A stretch of DNA of 64,000 bases from Bacteroidia bacterium. GTDB lineage: Bacteria; Bacteroidota; Bacteroidia; UKL13-3. The notes under the pieces were generated by a model, which worked only from the letters and a program-made list of their open reading frames with translations, was not told the origin of the DNA and made no database searches. The DNA lies in the NCBI GenBank assembly GCA_044351265.1, contig JBILGC010000005.1, positions 8,162 through 72,161 of the forward strand, written 5' to 3'. Both the position numbers and the translations under genes were made by a program. This document shows positions 27,869-38,600 of the stretch, in pieces (position 1 is the stretch's first letter; each line of letters begins with the position of its first letter).

Positions 27869-29968
27869 TTATTTTAACTGGAATGCACTTTTCCCCTTGT
27901 CCAGAAACTCAATAAATTTTTGCTCATCGGTATCAAAAAATGCTGGACCTGATAGTTGATTTTCATGCGCATCTATCACCACATATTGTGGTTGTGCAGA
28001 AAAGTTGTATTTGCTAATTTGTAAGTCCTGATTTTGTTCGCCAATGGTTTTTTTGATTTTGCCATCACGTGCTGAAGTATACCATTCACTTTCGGGCAAC
28101 TCTTTTCTTTCATCTGCATAAAGCGATACAATGATAAAATCATTATGCAGGCGTTTTAATACTTCCGGCTTGGCCCATACATACTCTTCCATTTTACGGC
28201 AATTCACACAGGCATGCCCGGTGAAGTCAATAAAGATAGGCTTGTTTTGTTTACGAGATTCTTCCAATGCTTGTTTATAATCAAAGTAGCCGGTTAAGCC
28301 ATGCGGCAAGTGTAAGAAATCTGAATGTTTTATTTGTGAGCCAGCTGTTATGTTTGGAAGATTTCCAGGCGTAGCATGAGTTGATGTACCTAAAATAAAA
28401 TCCTGTGTTTGCATAGGTGGCAATAAGCCTGAAAGGCCTTTGAGTGGTGCACCAAATAACCCCGGAATCATATATACGCCAAAGCAAAAAGAAATTAGGG
28501 CGAGTCCAAAACGTGGTACACTTACATAAGGCAAATCACTATCATGGCTAAATTTAATTTTACCCAGTAGGTACATACCCAATAAAAACGCCAGTACAAT
28601 CCATATGCTCAGATAAATTTCACGGTCAAGAATGCCCCAGTGATACACTACATCTGCGGTTGATAAAAACTTAAATGCAAATGCAATTTCAATAAATCCT
28701 AAAACCACTTTAACTGAATTTAGCCAGCCACCGGATTTTGGAAGGTTGCTAAGAAAACTTGGAAATACAGCAAACAAAGTAAATGGCATTGCCAGGCCAA
28801 AGCCAAATGCAGCCATTCCCAGTAAAGGTTTCAAAAACTTTCCGCCAACTGCCTCAATCAGCAAACTACCAACAATAGGTCCGGTACAACTAAATGAAAC
28901 CAACACCAAAGTAAAAGCCATAAAAAACAATCCGGCAAAATTACCCATACTTGATTTTGCATCAACTTTATTAACCAATTGATGAGGTAGGGTAATTTCA
29001 AACAAACCCAGAAAAGAAGCTGCAAAAACCATGAAGATGATAAAGAACAAAATATTGGGTAACCAGTGTGTGCTAAGCCAGTTTCCAAAATCAGGACCTA
29101 ATCCAAAAAAGGCAAATACCAAACCCAGCGAAGCATATATACCAATAATGGAAAGGCCAAATGTTGTTGCTCTAATGGCAGCCTGACTCTTGGTCTCACT
29201 TTTCTTAGAAAAGAATCCCGCTGTCATGGGCAGCATCGGAAAAACGCAAGGTGTTGCAACAGCCACCAAGCCTGCTATAAATGCAAGAAACAAAAAGGTT
29301 AAGACACTTTCTTTTGGGTGTGTTGTATCTGATGCACTCATTTTTTCGGCAGCATCAGTTGCAACATTTTTAGAGGTTGATGAATCTATACCGGCAGCTA
29401 TTGCATCAGTAAATACAGAATCACTTTGAGCGTTTTTAGATTCAGTTGCTTGATCAGGGTTAATTACCATAAATAGGTCTTTTACTTCATATTCCTGATC
29501 GAAAGGGGGCATACAAACACCGGTAACTTCAGAGCACTCCTGAAAATAAAGAGATACCTTAATCTTGGGTTTAACAGATAAAATTTTAACCGTCTGTTTA
29601 AAAATGGCCTTACCCGTAAAAACAGAAACGGTTCCATTCCATACCTCTTCAAAATGTTTTTTGGAGCCCACGGGTGTTGTTTTGCCTACTAACTTATAGG
29701 AGGCATCATTCTTAAAATTAATTTCAGCAGTAATAGGGCCAAGGTTTGGATCAAAATCATTGGAGTACATATACCAGTCTTTTTCAATAACACTGGTTAG
29801 TGTAAGAGTTAACTCTTCACCAACTTTTACCTCTTTCTTATCAGCGGTAATGGTCCATTTAGGTGTTTCTTTTAAAACAGAAGGCTGGTTGGAATGCAAT
29901 TGCGCCTGATTTGAATGAAAAACAAACAAGGTTGCAACAAGCAATAAAAAATAACGAGTCATGTTCAA
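27869..29968 (-). CDS. dsbD: Thiol:disulfide interchange protein DsbD (N-terminal domain, DsbD TM core, C-terminal thioredoxin)
   Basis: TM core with [10 protein letters not shown], a C-terminal thioredoxin CxxC ([11 protein letters not shown]), and a signal peptide. Confidence 0.85.
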   Translation of the reverse strand: MNMTRYFLLLVATLFVFHSNQAQLHSNQPSVLKETPKWTITADKKEVKVGEELTLTLTSVIEKDWYMYSNDFDPNLGPITAEINFKNDASYKLVGKTTPVGSKKHFEEVWNGTVSVFTGKAIFKQTVKILSVKPKIKVSLYFQECSEVTGVCMPPFDQEYEVKDLFMVINPDQATESKNAQSDSVFTDAIAAGIDSSTSKNVATDAAEKMSASDTTHPKESVLTFLFLAFIAGLVAVATPCVFPMLPMTAGFFSKKSETKSQAAIRATTFGLSIIGIYASLGLVFAFFGLGPDFGNWLSTHWLPNILFFIIFMVFAASFLGLFEITLPHQLVNKVDAKSSMGNFAGLFFMAFTLVLVSFSCTGPIVGSLLIEAVGGKFLKPLLGMAAFGFGLAMPFTLFAVFPSFLSNLPKSGGWLNSVKVVLGFIEIAFAFKFLSTADVVYHWGILDREIYLSIWIVLAFLLGMYLLGKIKFSHDSDLPYVSVPRFGLALISFCFGVYMIPGLFGAPLKGLSGLLPPMQTQDFILGTSTHATPGNLPNITAGSQIKHSDFLHLPHGLTGYFDYKQALEESRKQNKPIFIDFTGHACVNCRKMEEYVWAKPEVLKRLHNDFIIVSLYADERKELPESEWYTSARDGKIKKTIGEQNQDLQISKYNFSAQPQYVVIDAHENQLSGPAFFDTDEQKFIEFLDKGKSAFQLK

Positions 29969-30045
29969 ATAATTTGCAGGTACTTAACGAGCAAATTTAG
30001 AATTTAATATCAGAAACCAAAGGTGAATGGAATGAGGACTCGTGC

Positions 30046-30267
30046 TTAAAGCGGCTGCTCATTTTGTTGTTGTTCATGCTCAATAGCTTCTCTTTCCCGC
30101 ATTTTGCGAAAGATATATTTGAGGAATTGATCGGTAACAATAATTATGGCTACCAGCGTTATTAATGAGATATAAAGGTATAGCAGTTCATTGTGCAACC
30201 CTGTGCCAAAACCGCCTGCCTGCGCAACAAAAGGAATAAAGCAACATAAAATGATACGTGTTTTCAT
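30046..30267 (-). CDS. Small membrane protein (hypothetical)
   Basis: 73-aa ORF with two hydrophobic segments, in an otherwise empty gap. Confidence 0.35.
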   Translation of the reverse strand: MKTRIILCCFIPFVAQAGGFGTGLHNELLYLYISLITLVAIIIVTDQFLKYIFRKMREREAIEHEQQQNEQPL

Positions 30268-30379
30268 AGGCCGACATTCTTATGAAGGTAGTAATAATTT
30301 GATTAATAAACTATACAGTTGTGGGAAAACGCACGCTGAAACGCATAGGCTTATCTTGTAAGTGCCCTATTTTCGTGGC

Positions 30380-31987
30380 ATGAAGAAGTGTTTTGGCCTG
30401 ATTATTTTTATTGTTTTTTCTTTAATCATTCATGCGCAACCGGTTCCAACACCGGAATTTCCGTTTAAAATGACGGTGCAGCAATACCTGGAGAAATATG
30501 CACCCATTGCAGTTGAAGAAATGCACCGAAGCCGCATTCCTGCAAGCATAACACTTGCACAGGGATTGCTTGAATCAGGCAATGGTAATAGTCGCCTTGC
30601 TATTGTAGGCAATAATCACTTCGGTATTAAATGTAAAAAAGACTGGCAAGGTGAAACACTTAATGAAGATGATGATGCCCCTCAGGAATGTTTCAGAAAA
30701 TATAAGGCACCAATAGATTCTTACCGCGATCATTCTGAGTTTTTAAAAAACGGTCAGCGTTATTCATTTTTGTTTGATTTGGAAATGACTGATTATAAGA
30801 GTTGGGCACATGGTCTTAAAAAGGCAGGATATGCTACCAATCCAAGATACGGTGAAATACTGATTGCTACTATTGAAAAAAATAACCTTCACCGATTTGA
30901 CTTGATGAAGCCCAATGCGCAGGAAGAACAAAAAATTGTGGAGGAGAAAAAGGAATTTATTGCCGAGCATAAAAATCTCGTTATTAATAATATCCCTGCA
31001 TTGGTTGCCAAGCCAACTGATAGTTACACAAGCATAGCCCTTGAAAATGATATGCGTGTTTGGCAAGTCTATAAATATAATGATTTGAATAAAACGGCTC
31101 AAATTAACAGGGGTGATACGATTTATTTGAAACCTAAAAACTATAAATCACTTACTCAAGAATTCCATACTCTTCAGCCATGGGAAACCATGTATACAGT
31201 GGCCCAACGATATGGAATAAAATTAAGCAAGTTGCGTTCAAAAAATTTATTGAAAGAAGGGCAGGAAGCAGCAATGGGTGAAATCATTTACCTGCGCGAT
31301 AAACGCAAACAGCCACCTTTGATTAAACCACTATTGGCAGTTGCTGTACCCGTTGATACCATATATAATAATGAAGTGTATGATGATCCGAAGAAAAATA
31401 TTGAAACCAGCGGACCTGTTGTTCCGCACGACCCATATAATTTAGAAGAGCATGGCATAAAAGAAGATATGGCTTTTTTTCATACCGTTCAAATAGGCGA
31501 AACCCTGTTTTCTATTGCCAAAAAATACAATGTGCAGGTAGAGGGTATTCGCAGTTTAAACAATATTCGCGGTGAGCAAATTAATTTGGGAGATAAGCTC
31601 ATCATCAATCCCAATCAGCCTGCCATTGTTCCTAAGGAAGAAGCAGTGGTTCCCGGATATCATGAAGTACAAACCGGTGAAACCTTATACAGCATTGCCC
31701 GCAGGTATAATATTACTGTTGCTGAGCTTAAAGCTTTAAATGATTTAACCAGCGATACGATAAAAGTGGGCGAAGAGCTAACCGTAGTGCCTTTAAATGG
31801 CGAAAAGCCGGCCGAGGATAAAGTGAATGACAATAAATCTGATGAGCCGGTTTATCATACCGTAAAGGAAAAAGAAACCTTGTATTCTATTGGAAGAAAA
31901 TATGGAGTAAGCCCCGAACAACTGCGCTCTCTAAACAACTTGCTGGATAACAGTATTGCCGTAGGACAGGCTATTCGTGTGCGATGA
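30380..31987 (+). CDS. Glucosaminidase-domain (FlgJ/mannosyl-glycoprotein endo-beta-N-acetylglucosaminidase-like) protein with three C-terminal LysM repeats
   Basis: SITLAQGLLESGNGNSRLA..NNHFGIK glucosaminidase signature. Three LysM units (YHTVQIGETLFSIAKKY.., YHEVQTGETLYSIARRY.., YHTVKEKETLYSIGRKY..). Confidence 0.8.
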   Translation: MKKCFGLIIFIVFSLIIHAQPVPTPEFPFKMTVQQYLEKYAPIAVEEMHRSRIPASITLAQGLLESGNGNSRLAIVGNNHFGIKCKKDWQGETLNEDDDAPQECFRKYKAPIDSYRDHSEFLKNGQRYSFLFDLEMTDYKSWAHGLKKAGYATNPRYGEILIATIEKNNLHRFDLMKPNAQEEQKIVEEKKEFIAEHKNLVINNIPALVAKPTDSYTSIALENDMRVWQVYKYNDLNKTAQINRGDTIYLKPKNYKSLTQEFHTLQPWETMYTVAQRYGIKLSKLRSKNLLKEGQEAAMGEIIYLRDKRKQPPLIKPLLAVAVPVDTIYNNEVYDDPKKNIETSGPVVPHDPYNLEEHGIKEDMAFFHTVQIGETLFSIAKKYNVQVEGIRSLNNIRGEQINLGDKLIINPNQPAIVPKEEAVVPGYHEVQTGETLYSIARRYNITVAELKALNDLTSDTIKVGEELTVVPLNGEKPAEDKVNDNKSDEPVYHTVKEKETLYSIGRKYGVSPEQLRSLNNLLDNSIAVGQAIRVR

Positions 31988-33303
31988 ATTGGATTAAAGA
32001 AATACCAACCCGCCTTTGGCTTTTTCTGTTTGGTATTCACACAGTTTATTTTCTGATTGCATACTTTTTCGGAAATATTTATACGGTTGATTCTTATGGA
32101 TACTTGCATCAGGCCTCAAACTTATGGAACCACCACAGCTGGTATGCCGAGTATTGGCATGCTCCTGTGCTCATAGATTATTTTTCCTTTCGGCCGCCTT
32201 TGTATGCGTGCTTTATTATTTGTTGCAAAGTTTTAAGTCAAAGCAATTACTTTATCCTTATTCTTCAAAACGTCATTAGTATTGGTAATCTTATTTTAAT
32301 ATATAAAATTTATCAGCGTTGTGGTTTAAACCAAAAGCACAGTTCCATTGCGCTGATTGTTGTATTTAGTTGTTATCCGGCCCAATTTATTCACGCCAAT
32401 TTGGTGATGACTGAAATAATTTTTCAAAGTTTATTGTTATGGTTATTTTATTTTACACTCCTATTTGTTCAGTCGGTAAAAACTAAAAATGTTTGGCCTC
32501 TTGCTTTACTATTAAGTATAGCTTTACTTACCAAACCGGTTATTGTTTTGTTTAGTGTAGCATTGTTCCTCATTGTATGCTATTATGCATGTCAGGAAAA
32601 AAAATGGCATATCATTTACCCATTTATTTTGGTTCCGCTAACTTTTCATTTCATTTGTTTGCAAAACCAACACAGCACAGGATATTATCATTTCAGCAGT
32701 GTTAAGCCCGTGTTTCATTTAAAGTATAATGCCAAATATACCTTGCTTGCTAAGTTTGGAGAGAACCATGCAGATAGCACAATTAGTGCAGTAATGAAAG
32801 AAGCAGATCGCAGCATTAACTATGCATCCAGGTATGAAACAATGCAGCACAGGGGTAATGAAATTATTATGCAGTACCCCGTTTATTATGCAAAGATTTT
32901 TGCTAAAGGATGTATCGCTTTTTTTATTGATCCCGGACGCTATGATTTGTTTCACCTATTTGGTGTAAACGATTATGGATTCAACGGATTGTATCATGAG
33001 TTTAACGTCTATGGCCTCTCTGCTTTGCGTAAATTTATTCAACAAGCACCTTTGGGTTTACTGTTGCTGTTGTTAATGAATTTGTGTTGGAATATTTTGG
33101 CGACTATTTGCTTTGTGTGGTTTATGTTTTATCGAAAAGCGCCCTTACTGCTGCGTATGTTGGTTGTTATATTTGTAGCGTATATAGTTTTAGCCACAGG
33201 TGTTTTGGGGCTCTCCAGATACCGCGTGCCTGTTTATCCTCAATTAAGCATAGCAGTGATGTATGCCTATCAGCGTTTTTATTTAAGTCGCAAATATGTT
33301 TAG
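31984..33303 (+). CDS. Polytopic integral membrane protein (possibly GT-C fold ArnT/PMT-like glycosyltransferase)
   Basis: At least 10 predicted TM segments. Both the start and the end overlap neighbours (ATGA). The family assignment is tentative. Confidence 0.55.
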   Translation: MNWIKEIPTRLWLFLFGIHTVYFLIAYFFGNIYTVDSYGYLHQASNLWNHHSWYAEYWHAPVLIDYFSFRPPLYACFIICCKVLSQSNYFILILQNVISIGNLILIYKIYQRCGLNQKHSSIALIVVFSCYPAQFIHANLVMTEIIFQSLLLWLFYFTLLFVQSVKTKNVWPLALLLSIALLTKPVIVLFSVALFLIVCYYACQEKKWHIIYPFILVPLTFHFICLQNQHSTGYYHFSSVKPVFHLKYNAKYTLLAKFGENHADSTISAVMKEADRSINYASRYETMQHRGNEIIMQYPVYYAKIFAKGCIAFFIDPGRYDLFHLFGVNDYGFNGLYHEFNVYGLSALRKFIQQAPLGLLLLLLMNLCWNILATICFVWFMFYRKAPLLLRMLVVIFVAYIVLATGVLGLSRYRVPVYPQLSIAVMYAYQRFYLSRKYV

Positions 33304-34162
33304 TGAACACATAGAAACTCCTATACAGCTCTTGGATTTTTCGGCATGGAGAAATAGCGGTGTTCAGGTTTGTATCAAACGAGAGGATACCATACATCCC
33401 TTTATATCGGGTAATAAATGGCGTAAGTTGAAATACGTTTTACAAAATGCAAAAAAAAACAACAAAACACATTTGGTAAGTTTTGGTGGGGCTTACTCCA
33501 ATCACCTGGTAGCCCTTGCAAGTGCAGGTGTGCAATTTGGTTTTAAAACCACTGCTTTTGTTAGAGGCGAGGAGGTGCACAACCATATGCTGGGATTGTG
33601 CAAATGTTGGGGGATGGAACTGATTTTTGTGTCGCGCGAGGCTTACCGAAACAAACATGAATTGTTTGATGCATATGCAGGAACTAATGAACATATACTA
33701 ATGATAGATGAAGGTGGAAGAGGCAAATTGGCGGCAAAAGGTTGCGAAGAGATACTAGATGATGTGGTAGGTTACACACATGTTTGTTGTGCGGTTGGAA
33801 CAGGAACCACGCTGGCCGGACTGGCAATTGCCGCACATCAAAAAAGTATGATAGCTGAAGGATTTTGTGTTTTAAAAGGAGCTGAAGAAATTGAAAGTGA
33901 TATAAAAATGCTTACTGGACACAATGTGCCAGTTGTATTACATCATCAGTTTCATTTAGGCGGTTATGCAAAAACAGATGAGGCAATGATGCCTTTTATA
34001 CAATCATTTGCCAGAGAAACAGGCATATTACTTGATCAGGTTTATACAGCAAAAATGGTAAGAGGTGTGGATAATCTGATAAAGCAAGGTCATTACCCCA
34101 GAGGCAGCAATGTATTGCTTATACATACCGGAGGCTTGCTGGGTTTATTAACTATAATTTAA
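33296..34162 (+). CDS. 1-aminocyclopropane-1-carboxylate deaminase / D-cysteine desulfhydrase family PLP enzyme
   Basis: KREDTIHPFISGNKWRKLKYVLQ and GGAYSNHLVALASAG match the ACCD/DcyD family signature (GNKxRKL). Confidence 0.75.
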   Translation: MFSEHIETPIQLLDFSAWRNSGVQVCIKREDTIHPFISGNKWRKLKYVLQNAKKNNKTHLVSFGGAYSNHLVALASAGVQFGFKTTAFVRGEEVHNHMLGLCKCWGMELIFVSREAYRNKHELFDAYAGTNEHILMIDEGGRGKLAAKGCEEILDDVVGYTHVCCAVGTGTTLAGLAIAAHQKSMIAEGFCVLKGAEEIESDIKMLTGHNVPVVLHHQFHLGGYAKTDEAMMPFIQSFARETGILLDQVYTAKMVRGVDNLIKQGHYPRGSNVLLIHTGGLLGLLTII

Positions 34163-35274
34163 TGTTGGAGTAGTTTCAAAAGTTTCTCGGTTGATTTTAA
34201 TCCATGCCCACTAAACAGAGAAACCACCACTTCATTCTCTGATTGCAGCAGATATTTTTTAAGGCCTGCTATGGTTGCAGCAGAGGTTGGTTCAATATAA
34301 AAACCTTTTGATATTATTTCCTGTAAGGTGTTGATGATTTCGGTTTCATTTACGCTAATAAAAGAACCTTTACTTTCTTTAACTGCATGAATCATTTGTT
34401 CTCCTCTTACCGGTTTTGCAATGGCTATTCCTTCGGCAAGAGAAGGAAGCGCATCAACCTCTGTCGGTTTGTTTTCTCCTATTGCAAAGGCTGCAGCAAG
34501 GGGCGCACAGTTTATACTTTGCACGCCAATTAGTTTAGGCATTTGCCCAATGATGCCGGCTTTTAATAAATCAGAAAAACCAATATAGCAACCCAGCAGC
34601 AAGGTTCCATTTCCTGCAGGAAGCACAACAGCATGCGGGGCTTTCCAACCCAATTGTTCGCAAACTTCATAGGCAAATGTTTTGGTGCCATGTAGAAAAA
34701 ACGGATTATAGCAATGGCTTGCATAATAATGCTTTGATGCAGCATCGAATGCAGCAGCAGCAGTTTCTTCACGTGTGCCTGCTATTTTAAATAGTTGTGC
34801 ACCATACCACTCCATTTGTGCAAGCTTGGCCGCAGAAGTATCTGCCGGAACATAAATATCACATGCAATACCAGCTTTGGCAGCATAGGCGGCAACAGCA
34901 CAGCCTGCATTACCGGATGAATCTTGCACCACTTTATCAATTTTTAAATGTTTGATATGGCTAAGCAATACCGATGCTCCCCTGTCTTTATAAGAACCCG
35001 TTGGGAAGATATGATCCTGCTTTATAAACGCCTGCTTGTTATTAAACGAAAGAGGCAACAGGGGCGTAAAACCTTCCTCAAAACTTATAATATCTGTATC
35101 GTGCACAATAGGCAAGGCCTCTCTGTATCTCCATAAATTGGGTTTGCGTTTTTCAATGGATGAAATAGGAAATGCAGCCTCAAATTCAAGATCAAGTAAA
35201 TAGCCGCTTTTACCTAAAAAGTAGGTATAATCTGTATCTAGCTGATCTTGTGTGAATTGTTCTTTAAACTTCAT
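34159..35274 (-). CDS. Threonine synthase-family PLP-dependent enzyme
   Basis: Fold-type II PLP lysine motif FPTGSYKDRGASV, and DSSGNAGCAVAAYAAKAGI. Confidence 0.65.
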   Translation of the reverse strand: MKFKEQFTQDQLDTDYTYFLGKSGYLLDLEFEAAFPISSIEKRKPNLWRYREALPIVHDTDIISFEEGFTPLLPLSFNNKQAFIKQDHIFPTGSYKDRGASVLLSHIKHLKIDKVVQDSSGNAGCAVAAYAAKAGIACDIYVPADTSAAKLAQMEWYGAQLFKIAGTREETAAAAFDAASKHYYASHCYNPFFLHGTKTFAYEVCEQLGWKAPHAVVLPAGNGTLLLGCYIGFSDLLKAGIIGQMPKLIGVQSINCAPLAAAFAIGENKPTEVDALPSLAEGIAIAKPVRGEQMIHAVKESKGSFISVNETEIINTLQEIISKGFYIEPTSAATIAGLKKYLLQSENEVVVSLFSGHGLKSTEKLLKLLQH

Positions 35275-35593
35275 ATTTAGCGCGTAAAAACTGTTTTTTT
35301 GGTCAGATTGATTAAGTAAAGTAGTAAAAAAGTTTGAAGTCTGATATAATAGCTGCGTTTTAAACCTTAAAATTAAAGCATCTGAAAAATAAGGTTGATT
35401 TATTTAGAAAATCAATAACCCCTAAATGGACAAATATAACTTTCTTAAATATTTGATTTGCAGTAGTATATTATGACATATATCTTGTCTTTGCATCATC
35501 TCTTTTATTTACTTGCCATTGTTCCAAAAGTTTAATCTTTCTTAAAAGATTATCTTGTGCCTTTCTTAAGAAAATATTAAGAAGTGTAGTTTT

Positions 35594-35601
35594 TATATTT
35601 G
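35594..35601 (+). promoter_or_regulatory. Candidate -7 promoter element TATATTTG (TAnnTTTG) upstream of the giant T9SS substrate gene
   Basis: Perfect TAnnTTTG match about 20 nt upstream of the first ATG. No clear -33 element. Confidence 0.25.
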
Positions 35602-35621
35602 TTATCGAATTTCAACATAAA

Positions 35622-38600
35622 ATGAATATATATATCATGAATAACTTGTTTACTTTTTTAACAAACCATCTAAAAAAAACAATAGCAGCAGTTCTGCTAC
35701 TATTGCTAGGATCTATTTTCCAGCAGGCTGAGGCTTCTCACGTTGTGGGTAGTGATATTAGCTATGAGTGCGTAGAAGGAGCGCCTCCGGGCACATTTCG
35801 TATTCGCCTTGTATTGTATCGCGATTGCGCAGGTATACCAATGTGCCCCGGTAATTGCGGTGCACCGTGCAGTCGTACAGTTGCTATTCAGGGGGCAGAT
35901 CCATCGTGCAATGGCCAAACATTTGGTAACGTTACGGTAAATCTAGTTAATGTAAGGGATGTAAACCCCAATCCTGATTGTCCTACATCCAAGAGTACCT
36001 GCACCAATATGGGTTGTGTTTCCCCAGGCCCTTTTACCCCTGCTGTTGAGCGGTATGAATTTACAGGTATAGTAAATCTTAATCAAATAGGCATACCTGC
36101 CAGTTGTTGTAATGTACGAATGGTTTGGCAGGAGTGTTGCAGAAATGGAGCGATTACAACTGGAGCATCTAATCAGAATTTCTACATGGAAGCAGTCGTT
36201 AATCGTTGCCTTTCATCCAATCCATGTAATGGTTCTCCTCAATTGAGTAATGACCCATATGCCTTTGCATGCGGTGGTCAGCCATTTACATTTAATAATG
36301 GAGCCATCGACCCGGATCTTGATTCATTGACATACTCATTTACTCCTGCTCTGCAAGGTCCAGGAGCATCAGTTACTTATATTCCTCCTTACAGTGCCCA
36401 AACCCCAATGCCATGGACCGGTCCGGCTAGTGGTGTGTTTCCTGCAGGTATCTCATGCGATCCTACTACAGGCGATATTATGTTTACTGCTCCAATGGGA
36501 GGAGGTGGAATGATTATAGGCGTAATGGCAATTGTGGTGCGACAATGGCGAACCATTAATGGTGTGCCAACTGTTATAGGTATCACAAGGCGCGATATTC
36601 AGATGGTGGTGATGCAATGCCCGCCAAATAATCCGCCAAGAATCACAACCCGACCGAGTAACCCTGGAAATCAACCCAAAACCAGCTGGAGTATTTGCGC
36701 TGGTGACCAGTTGTGCTTTGATATCGTGGCCAAAGACACAGATTTTTTACCACCAACCATATCAGATACGACTAAACTAGCATGGAATAACGCTTTGGCA
36801 AGGTTTGGGGCTACCTTTACTCCCAATTATAACCCAACACAACGCAGGCTGCTCGGGCCAAGGGAAGATGATTTTAAATTCTGCTGGCAGCCGGCAGAGA
36901 ATTTAGCCAGTACAACTCCTTATTATTTTACTGTAACTGCTAAAGATAATCGTTGCCCATTGCCGGGCACCATTACAAGGGCGTTTAATATCAGAGTGCT
37001 TGCCAAACCTGATGTAACCATGCAAAAGATATCACATACTTGTGGCAAGTGGTCAGTAAAATATAATCTACCCGTAAATAAACCTGTACAATCGTTTGTG
37101 CTTCGATCATGGCAAATTGCCAGACAACCTTATGACTATTCTTTTCTGAATGGCACTTATGCATATAATAATGTTCAGGAAACACCTATTATTAGCTTTA
37201 CCAAGGGTGGAAAATATCTCGTGCTACTTAATATGGCTTCTCCTGGCCCTCCGGGCTCACCACCTTGTATAAAGAATTTTTATGATACAATTACTGTTGA
37301 TACACCTGTTGCACCAATTGTTCGCGATACTTTTGTATGTATTGGTAATTCTGTTACCTTCAGGGCACAGGCTCGATATGGCCGCCCCGCCTATCAATTC
37401 AGATGGTTTAATAATATTAAAGATACAATAGTGCCTCTAAATACGCCTCCACTAACTGTTGGCAATTTAACTGTTGCGCCTACTCAAACCAGAAGATACA
37501 CTATTCAGGTTAGAGATATAGAAGGTTGTAGGGTTTATGATTCTATTACCGTTCAGGTCAGACGTTCTCCCATTGGTGCACTTCCTGATTCAACCCGCTT
37601 ATGTTTTGGAGATAGTGTTACTATGAACCCGGGTGATGATGGAGGCAGGGTGCGGCAGTTCTTATGGAGCACCGGAGATACGCTCCAGCAAATCACACGT
37701 GGCGACTCCAATACTTATACGGTTAGGCTAATAGATACCTCCGGTTGTATTCAGTTTGATACCATGAAAGTATTTGTTAACCGACCCATAGTGCCTAATG
37801 CAGGCATAGATACCGCAATCTGTGCCGGTGATACAGCAACATTAATTGCTAGTGGAGGCCAACTTTATGCATGGCGAAATATTACCAGCAATACAGTACT
37901 TTCTCCAAAGTCTCATAACAGGACCATACGCGTTAATCCAATCAATGTAACCATACCTACGCAATATGAGTTAACTGTTTATCAAAGCTATCCTGATACC
38001 ACCAGCCGATATAAAGAATGCCAGAATATTGATACTGTAACCATAACGGTCAGACCACTACCGGTTCTTACCCGGCCTCAGCCCGTTCAGGCATGCCGGT
38101 CTACCAGCTTAATCAATGCCCCCATTTTTGGCGTTAATCAGCCTGGAGGTGTTGGTATATGGAGTTATCCCAAAGCTCCGGGAGCCGTGGTTAACGGGCC
38201 TGTAGTGCAGTTCAGAGTGGATAGCCTAAAGAATATACCTAATAAAGACACCACAGGTTCTTTTGATAATTGGCTTATCTATAGCTATACCTCACCTGCA
38301 AACTTTGGCGGCTGTAGCAGAACAGACTCGAGCATTATGCGTATCTATGGAAATCCTAGAGTAAACGCGGGTCCTTTACTAACATGGTGTGAGAATGGAG
38401 GCATCTATAATATTACAAGTGCTAATCAAAAATATTCTCCAACCGGTAATGCCACTCAAGAAGAATGGACAGGAAATGGTATATATTCTCAAACAGTTGG
38501 TATTAATAAACTTCACTACTTTAATCCAAACTTGCCTGGTGTAATAAAATATCCGGGTATTAATATACAAAAGTATAAGTATACTCAAATTTATAATGCC

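Noticed and set aside
35275-35621. A 347-bp AT-rich spacer upstream of the giant T9SS gene, considered as a possible mobile-element scar or sRNA locus
   Set aside because: I could find only short imperfect inverted repeats (CTTAAAAG/CTTAAGAAAA) and a single -7 box. The AT-rich composition explains most of it, so I kept it only as a promoter region.
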